NCBI GenBank assembly: GCA_964435035.1
Contig: CAYSXR010000001.1
Span: 144,192-208,191 of the forward strand
Reading direction: 5' to 3'
DNA length: 64,000 nt
From: an uncultured Gammaproteobacteria bacterium
Lineage (GTDB): Bacteria; Patescibacteriota; Patescibacteriia; Magasanikbacterales; UBA922
Below, one piece after another: positions 19,784 through 29,664 of the stretch. Every line of letters starts with the position of its first letter. Within the stretch, counting starts at the first letter, position 1. The notes under the pieces were generated by a model. The model did no database searches, was not told where the DNA came from, and saw nothing but the letters and a program-made list of their open reading frames with translations. A program made the translations under genes and the position numbers.

Positions 19784-19914
19784 AGCTCACCTCGTTGTTG
19801 TGTCGTAGAAAGGACCTATCTCAGACAGTATACTAAAGTAAATAAACTGTAAATAGTATCGTATTGCCCCTTTTCTTCTTTCACGATACACTATGTTCAT
19901 CCTAATTTTTATAT

Positions 19915-21360
19915 ATGTCTAAAAGAATAAAACAAACAAAAATCGTTGCAACCATTGGTCCAGCATGTGAAAGTATCGAAATTCTTGAGCGCATGGTACA
20001 TGCAGGTATGAATGTTGCTCGATTGAATTTTTCCCACGGTACTCATGAAAATCATGCGATGCTTATCAAAAATATTCGTGAAGTGGAAAAGCGCACGGGA
20101 GAGCCAGTGGCAATTCTACAGGATTTGCAAGGGCCAAAATTACGACTAGGGGAATTGCCGCCTGAGGGTATTGAAATAGAAAAAGGCACAGAAATTGTGT
20201 TTGCATATAATCCCGAAACATCGGTGGAAATTCCAATTGGTTTTAAAGAATTGTGTGAATTTATGAAACCAGGAGAGCGTATTTTACTCGATGATGGGAA
20301 ATGCGAAGCACGTGTCTTCCGAATTGAAAAAGAAAAAATTATCACCACTGTAGTGGTGGGTGGAAAGCTCACGTCACACAAGGGAATCAATGTGCCTGAT
20401 ACTGATTTGAAAACACTTAAAGTGTTAACTGAAAAAGATAAAGAAGATTTGAAATTTGGTGTAGAACACGGAGTTGATTTGGTCGCATTGTCTTTTGTGA
20501 TGGACGCACAAGATATTCTTGACGTGAAGTTTTTTATTACTGAAATCGAGCAATCAACAAAAAAAGTGGGAAATAATCCAATTCGTATTATTGCAAAAAT
20601 AGAAAAACACGAAGCAGTACAGAAAATTGAAAAAATTATTGATGTTGCTGATGGAATCATGGTGGCACGTGGAGATTTGGGTATTGAAATACCTGCAGAG
20701 GAAGTGCCGCTTATTCAGAAAAGAATTATTGATTTGGCGCGTGAGGGAGCAAAGCCTGTGATTGTAGCAACTCAAATGCTTGATTCTATGCAACATAACC
20801 CTCGTCCGACGCGTGCAGAGGTGTCAGATGTGTCAAATGCGGTAATCGATCATACTGATGCAGTAATGCTTTCAAATGAGACGGCGACAGGAGAATATCC
20901 AGTTGAGACCATTGAAACTATGGCTTCAATCATCCGATCTGCAGAAGAATCAGATTATGATGATGTGAGTGTGGCTACAAGCTCTAGTTCAAAACGAAAA
21001 AATATTGATACGACGATTAGTGGATTATCAAAATTAGTTGCCGAAGAAGTGGGTGCAACATTGATTTTGGCAGCATCACTTTCCGGGGACACAGGTCGTC
21101 TGATCTCAAAATATCGTCCAGAGCTCCCCATTGCTGTTGCTGCAAGCTCGGATCGGGTACTTCGTCAGCTCAATCTTTCATGGGGCGTGAGACCATTTAT
21201 TCTCGAGGAATGCAAAACTATCGAAGAGCTGATTGAACGCTCAATTCTGATACTCAAAGATAGAAAAATGGTAGAAAAAGAAGATCGGATTATTATCGTT
21301 GCTGGGGAGCCAGTTGGGCAAGCAGGACATGTAAATTTACTGGAAGTTCGTGAGGTATAG
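19915..21360 (+). CDS. pyk: Pyruvate kinase
   Basis: 481 aa with TKIVATIGPA...GMNVARLNFSHG, MVARGDLGIEIP and the ATQMLDSM motif. Confidence 0.9.
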   Translation: MSKRIKQTKIVATIGPACESIEILERMVHAGMNVARLNFSHGTHENHAMLIKNIREVEKRTGEPVAILQDLQGPKLRLGELPPEGIEIEKGTEIVFAYNPETSVEIPIGFKELCEFMKPGERILLDDGKCEARVFRIEKEKIITTVVVGGKLTSHKGINVPDTDLKTLKVLTEKDKEDLKFGVEHGVDLVALSFVMDAQDILDVKFFITEIEQSTKKVGNNPIRIIAKIEKHEAVQKIEKIIDVADGIMVARGDLGIEIPAEEVPLIQKRIIDLAREGAKPVIVATQMLDSMQHNPRPTRAEVSDVSNAVIDHTDAVMLSNETATGEYPVETIETMASIIRSAEESDYDDVSVATSSSSKRKNIDTTISGLSKLVAEEVGATLILAASLSGDTGRLISKYRPELPIAVAASSDRVLRQLNLSWGVRPFILEECKTIEELIERSILILKDRKMVEKEDRIIIVAGEPVGQAGHVNLLEVREV

Positions 21361-21472
21361 TTTTTATAAGAATATAAAAAGACCCTGTAAAAGGGGCTTT
21401 TTTTATACACAAAATTGTTTAAAAATAACTGAAAAAGAGGTATACTATATCTGTGTTTGAAAACTATGACAC

Positions 21473-24400
21473 ATGACTAGATTAACATTTTATCGAAGAC
21501 TTTCAATTGTCTCAGGTTTAGTATTGGTATTACTAAACCATTTTGCGTTTGGTTTTTTGGGATTTTTTATTCCAGTCGCAAAGGCCGATGCGATAACATG
21601 GGTAGGTCCATCAACGGGTTATTGGGATAATCCAACAAATTGGAGTAGTGGCACTATACCAACTGCTTCAGATGAGGTGATAATCTCAGGGGACGACATG
21701 TTTATATTAGCAACATCAACTATTAATTTTGCTTCGCTTACTCTTGCGGGTCCTGATGTGCGTTTCAGTCTGTTGGGGGGTATTGGAACTGGAGGTGACC
21801 TTACGATCTCTGAGAGTTTGTTTATACAATCCACGTCAACACGTCAGACGATCAGTGGGACTTTAACAATTAATGATGGGGTGATGCAGCATCTACAAAA
21901 CACTTCAACAACGTTATATAAGCTTGATTTTGTGGCGGAAAATATTGTTATCGAGCCGGGCGGACATGTACGAGTGGATAATGAGGGTTCACCGGGAGGT
22001 GAAATAGGAGAAGACGGGTATGGAAATGGAGGGGGTGATGGAGATTCAAATATAAGTGCTGGTGCAGGTGGAAGCAATGCTGGGACCGGAGGATCGAGTA
22101 GTTCAGGAAACTATGGAGGGTTTTCAACCTGTACTTTTTCTGATGTTGGACCATCCTATGGCGGAAGTGGGGGAGGCGGAAGTGCTACCTCTACTGGAGG
22201 GGATGGGGGAGGATTTGTGCGTCTTGAAGCAAATAATACATTTACGATAAATGGACGTATTACCGCAGACGCTGATCATACTTCGGGGCAGACTGCAGGC
22301 GAAGGTGCGGGGGGTGGATCTGGAGGAACTATTTATCTAGTCGCTGATACGATTAGCGGAGTTCCAGAAGCTCCAATTTCTGCTCGTGGGGGAAATAGTT
22401 TTGATGCAAATGGAGGAGCTGGAGGTGGTGGGTGTGTCCGCTTACAATATACCACAACAAGTACCATCGATGGTGCAAATATTATTGTTGATGGTGGAGT
22501 TGGTTTTGAAAACGGTGGTGCTGGAGTTGCACTGGTAGAAAAAGAAGATCAGTCAATTCGAAAAATGTATGTAACTGCAACAACAACACTTAATTATGGA
22601 GTTGGACAGCTTTATAGCACTGCTGGTACAAATTTTATTTCCTTATCCGGCGCTGAGGAACTCACGACCTTGTCAGTCTCAACTTCTTCTGTATATATCA
22701 TTGGAGATTTTTTAGGTGCAAGTGAACTCACACTTACGGGGGCTACTCCATTTCAAGGCAGTAGTCCATCAGGTACCGTACGAATTCAGGGTGACGTAAA
22801 ATTAAAGCTGTCTTCAGGGGCAAGTATTGAGGATGTAACTCTGGAACTGTATCACGAAGATGTGTCTCGGCGTGCGCGTCTCGTAGATCGTGCTACAGAC
22901 GAATCAGCTACTCTTGATATTGTAATTGGTGACCAAGGGACGCTTCTTTTAAATAATTTCAATTCCACAACTCCCTTGATGGTTGAGACATTTACTGTTG
23001 CAGCCGGTGGAGTCGTGACTCATGAACAAAATAGTATCTCACCGGAACAAAGAGAAATGGTGAATATACAGGCTGAAAATATTACCATTGAGAGTGGTGG
23101 ATCTATTAATGTAGCTGGAAAAGGATACAGTGGGGGTAGAGGTTTAGGAGGTAGTGGCGATGGGCTTGGTGGTGGAGCCTATACGTCGAATGTAGGTGTA
23201 GGTGCGGGACATGGTGGAGATGGTACAGCAAATAATCTTGATGGCTCGTCTGCTGGAGCTGGTGGCACATCATATTGTGATGTTTCTAATCCTTCTACTA
23301 TTGGTTCAGGGGGAAGCTCAGGGTTGTTTAGTGGGAGCTTAGGGCGTAGAGGTGGAAATGGTGGGGGGATGGTATGGCTCGTAGCGACAAATACAATTAC
23401 GCTTGCAGGAGATATTTTTGCAGATGGCGAAAATGGGTCGTTTGACTCGTATGCAGGTGAAGAAACTTTTGAATCTATTTCCGGTGCAGGTTCAGGGGGG
23501 AGTGTAAAATTATTTGCTCCCACTATTGGAGGAGCAGGAGAAATTTTTGTAAGAGGTGGAAATAATGGGGTTGATCCAAGTCCGGCTCCTTCAGAATATG
23601 GCGGAGGCGGAGGCGGATGTGTATTGATAAACTATACGTATGACAATTCAGTTGTCACATCAAGTATATATATTACTGGAGGTGGACTTGATGCTGGGGT
23701 CGCAGAAGATGGACAATTGAGTATTGTGGAAGAAAATGAAGTTCCTGAGTTGTTTTTGAATTTTCATAAACCGGAATTTGTAGCTCGAGTTACAAGTACT
23801 ATTATTGATGGAGCTGGTGACCTGGCAGTTTCGGGCGATTATGCATATGTGGGAGGATTGATGGGTTCGAGTTTTGCGATTATCAATATCTCTAGTACTA
23901 CCAATCCGGCCGTAGTAGGAACCATAGAAACTACATCTGATTTGGCAGGTATATATGGAGTCGAGGTTTCGGGTAATTATGCGTATGTTGTTAATAGTTT
24001 TGACAATAGTTTTCGAGTGATCGATATTTCTAGTAGTACCAACCCGACTATTGTTGCAGGGATAGAGTTCGATACACCGATTCCAGAATTAATGAGCATT
24101 GCAGTATTAGGGAATTATGCTTATGTGATAGTAGGAGAAGATGGATACAGTTCACTCCGTGTGATAAATATTTCAAATCCGCTTTCTCCAACAGTAGTCG
24201 GGAGTATCATTAATGATTCTGACTTAGATTTTCTGAGTGATATTGTAGTTTCTGGAAGTTATGCATATGTTTCAACATTAGCAGCACAGTTTTCAATTAT
24301 TAATATCTCAAATCCAAGTTCGCCTGCCGTGGTAGGAAGTGTGCATGATACAACAATCCTTGATAATTCATTTGGTGTCGCAGTATCAGGAAATTACGCG

Positions 24401-27400
24401 TATGTAACTTCAGATGATAATAGTTCTGTTGCAGTTATTGATATTTCTGATCCAGAGAATCCGGATATAGTGAAAGTGGTGACTGGTGGTGAGTCGATAG
24501 TTGATAGTCTTCGGATGATTGTGATTGAGGGAGATTATGCGTATGTGGGAATGATTAGCCCTAATCCAGGAATTGGGATAATTGATATTACAAATCCACT
24601 CACTGCTAATTTTGTAGGGTATATTTTAGATCCAGATTTACTCACTACGCCAGCTAGAATGCAGGTAGCAGAGGGGGTGGTGTATATGACAGATTTTTCT
24701 GAGGATTCATTGAATATATTTAATGTATCACTGCCTTATTCGGTAAATCCTATTGTTCCATTTGATATTTCAGATGGTGATCGAGAAACACTCTCGGTGA
24801 AGGCAGAGTTTGTTCCTGGATCATGCGCGTACAGTGGTACGACATATGCAACGTTTGTTACCTCGACCGCAACATCAACCTATGGGGTTGCAATAGATAA
24901 TTCTGCAGTTGATAATCGAAGAATTAAAGATATTATCATTGACCCAGTTTCTGATTTTCCAATTACACAAGTAACCACCACATGGCACACCTCAGTAGAT
25001 ATTCCCGGTGATGAAGGGGAATATTGTATGTTTATGACTCCTTATGACGGTGAAGATGAAGGAATACGTGTAGCGGGTACGCTATTTGTCGATGATCCAT
25101 TACTCGCCCCAAACGCCCCTTCTCTCTCTGCCACCAAAACTCAAACCTCGATTACGCTTTCTTGGCCTGTGGCAAATGGGGCTAATCATTATGTGATTGT
25201 ATCAAGTATTTCGGGTATTCCTACAGAAACAGATGAAACTTCGGTGACTTACGCGGGTTTGGTAGCAGGGAATGAATATACTTTTCAGGTTAAATCGGTG
25301 GATAATTATGGTAATGAAAGTGCGTATTCAGAAGTATTTCCTGTTACTACTGTTGCACTAGGATCCTCTCCTCAACCCAGTGCACCCCCTCCTCCGTCAG
25401 ACACCACTCCTTCATCAACGACGACTTCAACGGTCTCGAATCCTTCTAGTCTCATTGTTATTAATAGTGGAGCATACTATACCAAATCACGAGAAGTGAA
25501 CGTGTTATTTAATACTGATTTTACGTCGGCGTATATGCTCGCAGACACTTTTGATTTTTCAGGAAAGATATACAAACCAATCGTTTCCTCAACAACCTAC
25601 ATACTCACTCCAGGAGACGGGGAAAAAAGAATTTATGCTCGTTTTAGTAATAATTATGGTATTTATGATGCGTATGATGTGATTGTGCTTGATACCGTGC
25701 CACCGAGCCAACCTACTATTAATGCAATTAGTTCTCCTGATTTTGTTCTAAAAACTGAAGGAGTGTATGGGCGAAAGAATACGAGTAGTACTGTGCGCAT
25801 CAAACCAACACTTGGAGGTACTGCTGAGCCAGGAAAACGAATTATGATCACTGTCTCCTATGGAGGAACAAATATGGTGATGATGATGTTAGCTGCAGTA
25901 GAAACATACTACACCACTGCAGACAGTAATGGAAATTGGTCGTTTACGTTTCCGAACGAACTTCAAAATACGTATTATACTATTTCGGTACAAACACAAG
26001 ATGAAGCAGAAAATAACTCAAGTGCAGTAGAAATAGAGCTTGACTTACGTAGTCTGGAGACTCTTCCTTGTACTATAAATTGTGAACCATTAGACGAACC
26101 TCCTCTAGAGGAGCCCCCTGAAGATCTGCTGCCAGTCGAAGAGCCATTAGACGAACTTCCTCCTATTGAAACAGCTGAAGAGATTCCTTCCTGTACGATT
26201 GATTGTGGGGGAGAAGAATCTTCACCTGTAGATACGGGAGGAGAGAGTTCAGGTACTGAAGAAGAAAATACAACTGATGCTACGAGTGGAGGTGATACAG
26301 AGGGTAATGTAGACAATAGTTCAAATGAACCAATAGGCGAGCAAGTTATTTCGAGTATTACTGATTCAGTGTCTATTATTTCAGATACAATTGAAACTTT
26401 TTTTACTGAAGTTGGTAACTTATTACAAGAGATACCTATGGTGCGGGGGATAGTAGAAACTGCATCAGTTGCAGTTGAAAAAACGAGAGAAGTTATTGAT
26501 AATCCAACAATTGAAAAAAGTAATGAAGTAATTGCTGCCCCTATAATCGCTGTAGCTGCAGCAGCAAACGTCGCAGTTGGCGGGGCAGGTCTTCTATCAC
26601 AAGCCATGTTGTATCTTCGTCTTATTTTCTCTCAGCCACTACTTTTACTTAAATTGAGAAAGCGTAAAAGGTGGGGTGTGGTATTCAATGCATACACCAA
26701 ATTACCACTTGATTTAGCAACGGTTCGTCTAGTAAATGGAAAAAGTGATTCAATTATAAGAACACAAGTGACTGATGCAAAAGGTAGATATTTTATGGTT
26801 GCTGAAAATGGTGTATATCGACTTGAAGCAAAAAAGGATGGGTTTGGAACTAATGTTAACGTGACTACGGAGGATTCAGCGTTTCCAAATGTGTACCATG
26901 GAGAAGAGTTGGAATTAGCAGAGGAATCGAATAATCTTAATTACAATATCCCACTCGAACCTATCGTAGAAGAAAAATCAAATACGCACGTGCTCCGAGA
27001 ATATGCGAGGAAAGCTACTCATAAAACGGTTAGTTTGATCGGAGCGGTGGCAACCATTGTTTCGCTGATTATTTCTCCGAAGCCATGGATCACTGCATTG
27101 CTTGTATTCCATATTGTCCTGTATAGCCTCATGAGGCGCCTTGCTCATAAAAAGATCAAAGGAACCTTTGGTTTAGTTACTGATAAAAAAACAGGTAAAG
27201 AGATTGGTAAAGTGGTAATCCGTGTTTTTGATGCAGCGTACAATAAGCTAGTTGAAACCGGAGTTACAGATTCAAAAGGTAGGTATGCAATTCTGGTAGG
27301 TCCAAGTATCTACTATATTACTGCAGAAAAAGAAGGTTTTATTACCTATCAATCACCAACGATAGATTTTTCAAGTGAGAAGACGGATGGTCTCGGAGGT

Positions 27401-27466
27401 GTAATTTCTGAGTCATGTAGTTTAAAACCCATTGATTTTCATGAGAAAAATGGCGACACGCTTTGA
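21473..27466 (+). CDS. Giant surface protein: Gly-rich beta-helix, LVIVD repeats, FN3, C-terminal multi-pass anchor
   Basis: 1997 aa with a signal peptide. Gly-rich repeats at about 21.96-23.7 kb. At least 7 LVIVD-type repeats (GNYAYV...IDIS.P..P) at about 23.8-24.7 kb. FN3 at about 25.1-25.35 kb. Acidic Pro-rich linker. TM helices alternate with two CarboxypepD_reg-like segments (TDAKGRY..., TDSKGRY...). Confidence 0.85.
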   Translation: MTRLTFYRRLSIVSGLVLVLLNHFAFGFLGFFIPVAKADAITWVGPSTGYWDNPTNWSSGTIPTASDEVIISGDDMFILATSTINFASLTLAGPDVRFSLLGGIGTGGDLTISESLFIQSTSTRQTISGTLTINDGVMQHLQNTSTTLYKLDFVAENIVIEPGGHVRVDNEGSPGGEIGEDGYGNGGGDGDSNISAGAGGSNAGTGGSSSSGNYGGFSTCTFSDVGPSYGGSGGGGSATSTGGDGGGFVRLEANNTFTINGRITADADHTSGQTAGEGAGGGSGGTIYLVADTISGVPEAPISARGGNSFDANGGAGGGGCVRLQYTTTSTIDGANIIVDGGVGFENGGAGVALVEKEDQSIRKMYVTATTTLNYGVGQLYSTAGTNFISLSGAEELTTLSVSTSSVYIIGDFLGASELTLTGATPFQGSSPSGTVRIQGDVKLKLSSGASIEDVTLELYHEDVSRRARLVDRATDESATLDIVIGDQGTLLLNNFNSTTPLMVETFTVAAGGVVTHEQNSISPEQREMVNIQAENITIESGGSINVAGKGYSGGRGLGGSGDGLGGGAYTSNVGVGAGHGGDGTANNLDGSSAGAGGTSYCDVSNPSTIGSGGSSGLFSGSLGRRGGNGGGMVWLVATNTITLAGDIFADGENGSFDSYAGEETFESISGAGSGGSVKLFAPTIGGAGEIFVRGGNNGVDPSPAPSEYGGGGGGCVLINYTYDNSVVTSSIYITGGGLDAGVAEDGQLSIVEENEVPELFLNFHKPEFVARVTSTIIDGAGDLAVSGDYAYVGGLMGSSFAIINISSTTNPAVVGTIETTSDLAGIYGVEVSGNYAYVVNSFDNSFRVIDISSSTNPTIVAGIEFDTPIPELMSIAVLGNYAYVIVGEDGYSSLRVINISNPLSPTVVGSIINDSDLDFLSDIVVSGSYAYVSTLAAQFSIINISNPSSPAVVGSVHDTTILDNSFGVAVSGNYAYVTSDDNSSVAVIDISDPENPDIVKVVTGGESIVDSLRMIVIEGDYAYVGMISPNPGIGIIDITNPLTANFVGYILDPDLLTTPARMQVAEGVVYMTDFSEDSLNIFNVSLPYSVNPIVPFDISDGDRETLSVKAEFVPGSCAYSGTTYATFVTSTATSTYGVAIDNSAVDNRRIKDIIIDPVSDFPITQVTTTWHTSVDIPGDEGEYCMFMTPYDGEDEGIRVAGTLFVDDPLLAPNAPSLSATKTQTSITLSWPVANGANHYVIVSSISGIPTETDETSVTYAGLVAGNEYTFQVKSVDNYGNESAYSEVFPVTTVALGSSPQPSAPPPPSDTTPSSTTTSTVSNPSSLIVINSGAYYTKSREVNVLFNTDFTSAYMLADTFDFSGKIYKPIVSSTTYILTPGDGEKRIYARFSNNYGIYDAYDVIVLDTVPPSQPTINAISSPDFVLKTEGVYGRKNTSSTVRIKPTLGGTAEPGKRIMITVSYGGTNMVMMMLAAVETYYTTADSNGNWSFTFPNELQNTYYTISVQTQDEAENNSSAVEIELDLRSLETLPCTINCEPLDEPPLEEPPEDLLPVEEPLDELPPIETAEEIPSCTIDCGGEESSPVDTGGESSGTEEENTTDATSGGDTEGNVDNSSNEPIGEQVISSITDSVSIISDTIETFFTEVGNLLQEIPMVRGIVETASVAVEKTREVIDNPTIEKSNEVIAAPIIAVAAAANVAVGGAGLLSQAMLYLRLIFSQPLLLLKLRKRKRWGVVFNAYTKLPLDLATVRLVNGKSDSIIRTQVTDAKGRYFMVAENGVYRLEAKKDGFGTNVNVTTEDSAFPNVYHGEELELAEESNNLNYNIPLEPIVEEKSNTHVLREYARKATHKTVSLIGAVATIVSLIISPKPWITALLVFHIVLYSLMRRLAHKKIKGTFGLVTDKKTGKEIGKVVIRVFDAAYNKLVETGVTDSKGRYAILVGPSIYYITAEKEGFITYQSPTIDFSSEKTDGLGGVISESCSLKPIDFHEKNGDTL

Positions 27467-27627
27467 ATATAATTACCGAAGAAGTAGAAAAGATTGTGTG
27501 ATGTAGTTAGTATGGTCTATTCACAAGAATATATGGGAAGTATTGATTAGTAGCTGGTGTGAATGTTTAAAAGTCGATTTATTAGTAGAATAAACGTATA
27601 CTTATTAGGGTAATCTATTATTACAAC

Positions 27628-29610
27628 ATGAGTAGTTTGATTAAAAAAATAATTTTCGCAGCTTTTCTTCTGTGGCTTGTGCCTTCAGTAATTTTTGCTT
27701 CAGATAGTAATGGTACAATCAATACAAGTCATAAATATGGATGGGGAGAAAACTTGGGTTGGATTAATTTTGCCCCAACTGATGGGTCGAGTAATTATCA
27801 CGGGCTTACCATTACTGATTCTGCTGTTACTGGCTATGCATGGTCAGAAGCCTATGGCTGGATTAATTTTGCTCCAAGTAATGGCGGAGTAACTAATAGC
27901 TGTACCGGACAACTTGGTGGTTGGGCATGGTCTACACAATTGGGCTGGATTTCCATGAGCGGAGTAACAATTGGATCGACCGGAGAATTTAATGGTGTAT
28001 CAGGTGGAACAACGCTTCCTTCGGGTAGAATTACCTTTGATTGTGATAATTGTGATGTGCGTACTGATTGGATTCCTTGCGCTGAGCGTGAAGAAGAAGG
28101 TGGTGGAGGCCCTCCGCCCACCTGTTCCAATGGCGCGTCAGATTATCCAACCTGTACACCACCCACTCCACCAACCTGTTCTAATGGTGCTTCGGATTAT
28201 CCTACCTGCACACCTCCTCCAGATCCCACCTGTTCCAATGGCGCATCAGATTATCCAACCTGTACACCACCCACTCCACCTCCAGATCCAGTCTGCTCTA
28301 ATGGCGCATCAGACTACCCAACTTGTACGCAGCCACCAGATCCCACCTGTTCCAATGGTGCATCAGACTACCCAGCTTGTACTGCCTCTACCGATGGGGG
28401 TGATGGAGGTACCGGAGAGGGTGATGGAGGTGCTAGTGATGGGGGAGAAAGTGAAGGGGCGGGGAGTAGTGGAGGCGGAGGTGGTGGTGTTGCCACAGAA
28501 ATAATTTCAAATATTACTGATTCAGTTGGGGTAGTGGCTGATGCAACAGTAGCTGTTTTGCAAGATGTAGCAGAAGTGCTGGTTACTATTCCCGGAGTAC
28601 AAACTGTAGTTAATGCGGCCCAAGTTGCTATAGAAAGAACAGAAAAAGTTATTAATAATCCTACGGTTGAAAAAATAGATGAAGCAGTTTCAACTCCAGT
28701 GCTCACAGCAACAGCTGTAGTAAACGTAGTAGTAGGTGGTGCAACATTATTTTCGCAGATTTTAATATTTCTCCGTTTATTGTTTTTGCAGCCCTTACTA
28801 TTATTATTCAAACGTCATAAACAAAAAACATGGGGAACGGTTTTCAATAGTCATACAAAGCAACCTCTTGATTTGGCAATGGTGCGTCTGGTGCATGGAG
28901 AAAATGACACAATTGTACGCACCCAGGTGACTGATGCCCAGGGTCGTTATTTTATGGCTGCAGGAAGTGGTACGTATATTTTGAAGACTACTAAAGAAGG
29001 TTTTGGTCCACATAGTGGAACGCAAGCTGAAGATTCGGTATATCCAAATTTGTATCGTGGAGAAAAATTGGAATTAGTGGACAGAGAAAGTGAACTTAAT
29101 TACAACATCCCGCTTGAACCAGTGTATGAGGCAAAGAGTACTGCTGATATAATCAAAGAATATTCGAGAAAAACATTCCAAAAAACGTTGAGTTTGATTG
29201 GTGCAATTGCAACGGTGGCATCACTGATTATTTCTCCAAACATTTGGATGGCTGCTCTTTTGGTAGTACATCTGCTTATCTATGTGGTCATGAAACGGTT
29301 TGCACAAAAAAAAGTAAAAGGTGATCGTGGAATAGTAGTGGATAGTAAAACTAAAAAACCAATGAAGAAGGTGGTGATCCGTGTGTTTGATAATGCATAC
29401 AATAAATTGGTGGACACTGCAATTACTGATAACAATGGGTGTTATGCGGTTCTAGTGGGTCCTAGTACTTATTATATTACTGCAGAAAAAGAAGGGTATG
29501 CTCCATATCAGTCTGATACGATTGATCTAACGAGTAAAAAGACTAATGGAATTGGAGGTGTTATTACAGAAAACTTCTCTTTGATGTCAGTTGATGAAAA
29601 GAAAAAGTAA
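27628..29610 (+). CDS. Surface protein with GW-type repeats, Cys/Pro tandem repeats and the same C-terminal anchor module
   Basis: 660 aa with a signal peptide and 3x YGWxxxLGWINFAP repeats. The tandem-repeat and anchor-module evidence is given under 28123..28383 and in the findings. Confidence 0.8.
   Translation: MSSLIKKIIFAAFLLWLVPSVIFASDSNGTINTSHKYGWGENLGWINFAPTDGSSNYHGLTITDSAVTGYAWSEAYGWINFAPSNGGVTNSCTGQLGGWAWSTQLGWISMSGVTIGSTGEFNGVSGGTTLPSGRITFDCDNCDVRTDWIPCAEREEEGGGGPPPTCSNGASDYPTCTPPTPPTCSNGASDYPTCTPPPDPTCSNGASDYPTCTPPTPPPDPVCSNGASDYPTCTQPPDPTCSNGASDYPACTASTDGGDGGTGEGDGGASDGGESEGAGSSGGGGGGVATEIISNITDSVGVVADATVAVLQDVAEVLVTIPGVQTVVNAAQVAIERTEKVINNPTVEKIDEAVSTPVLTATAVVNVVVGGATLFSQILIFLRLLFLQPLLLLFKRHKQKTWGTVFNSHTKQPLDLAMVRLVHGENDTIVRTQVTDAQGRYFMAAGSGTYILKTTKEGFGPHSGTQAEDSVYPNLYRGEKLELVDRESELNYNIPLEPVYEAKSTADIIKEYSRKTFQKTLSLIGAIATVASLIISPNIWMAALLVVHLLIYVVMKRFAQKKVKGDRGIVVDSKTKKPMKKVVIRVFDNAYNKLVDTAITDNNGCYAVLVGPSTYYITAEKEGYAPYQSDTIDLTSKKTNGIGGVITENFSLMSVDEKKK
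28123..28383 (+). repeat. Five in-frame tandem repeats encoding CSNGASDYPTCT + Pro-rich spacer
   Basis: tgttccaatggcgc(r)tcagattatccaacctgtaca recurs five times with 51-60 bp periods, mostly synonymous variation and variable PPxP spacers. Confidence 0.85.
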
Positions 29611-29664
29611 TAAACAGGTATATATTTTTGAAAAAAACTGAAATATGATATACTACTTGCATCT

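Noticed and set aside
28123-28383. Tandem repeats (also 49499-49543) as a CRISPR array.
   Set aside because: The repeats are contiguous with no unique spacers. They are in frame within a CDS (28123-28383) or only 9 nt long (49499-49543). No cas genes are present.
26341-29610. The two similar C-terminal modules as a diversity-generating retroelement template/variable repeat pair.
   Set aside because: Differences are spread over all bases rather than being adenine-specific. Similarity is at the protein level rather than near-identical DNA. No reverse transcriptase is present in the window.
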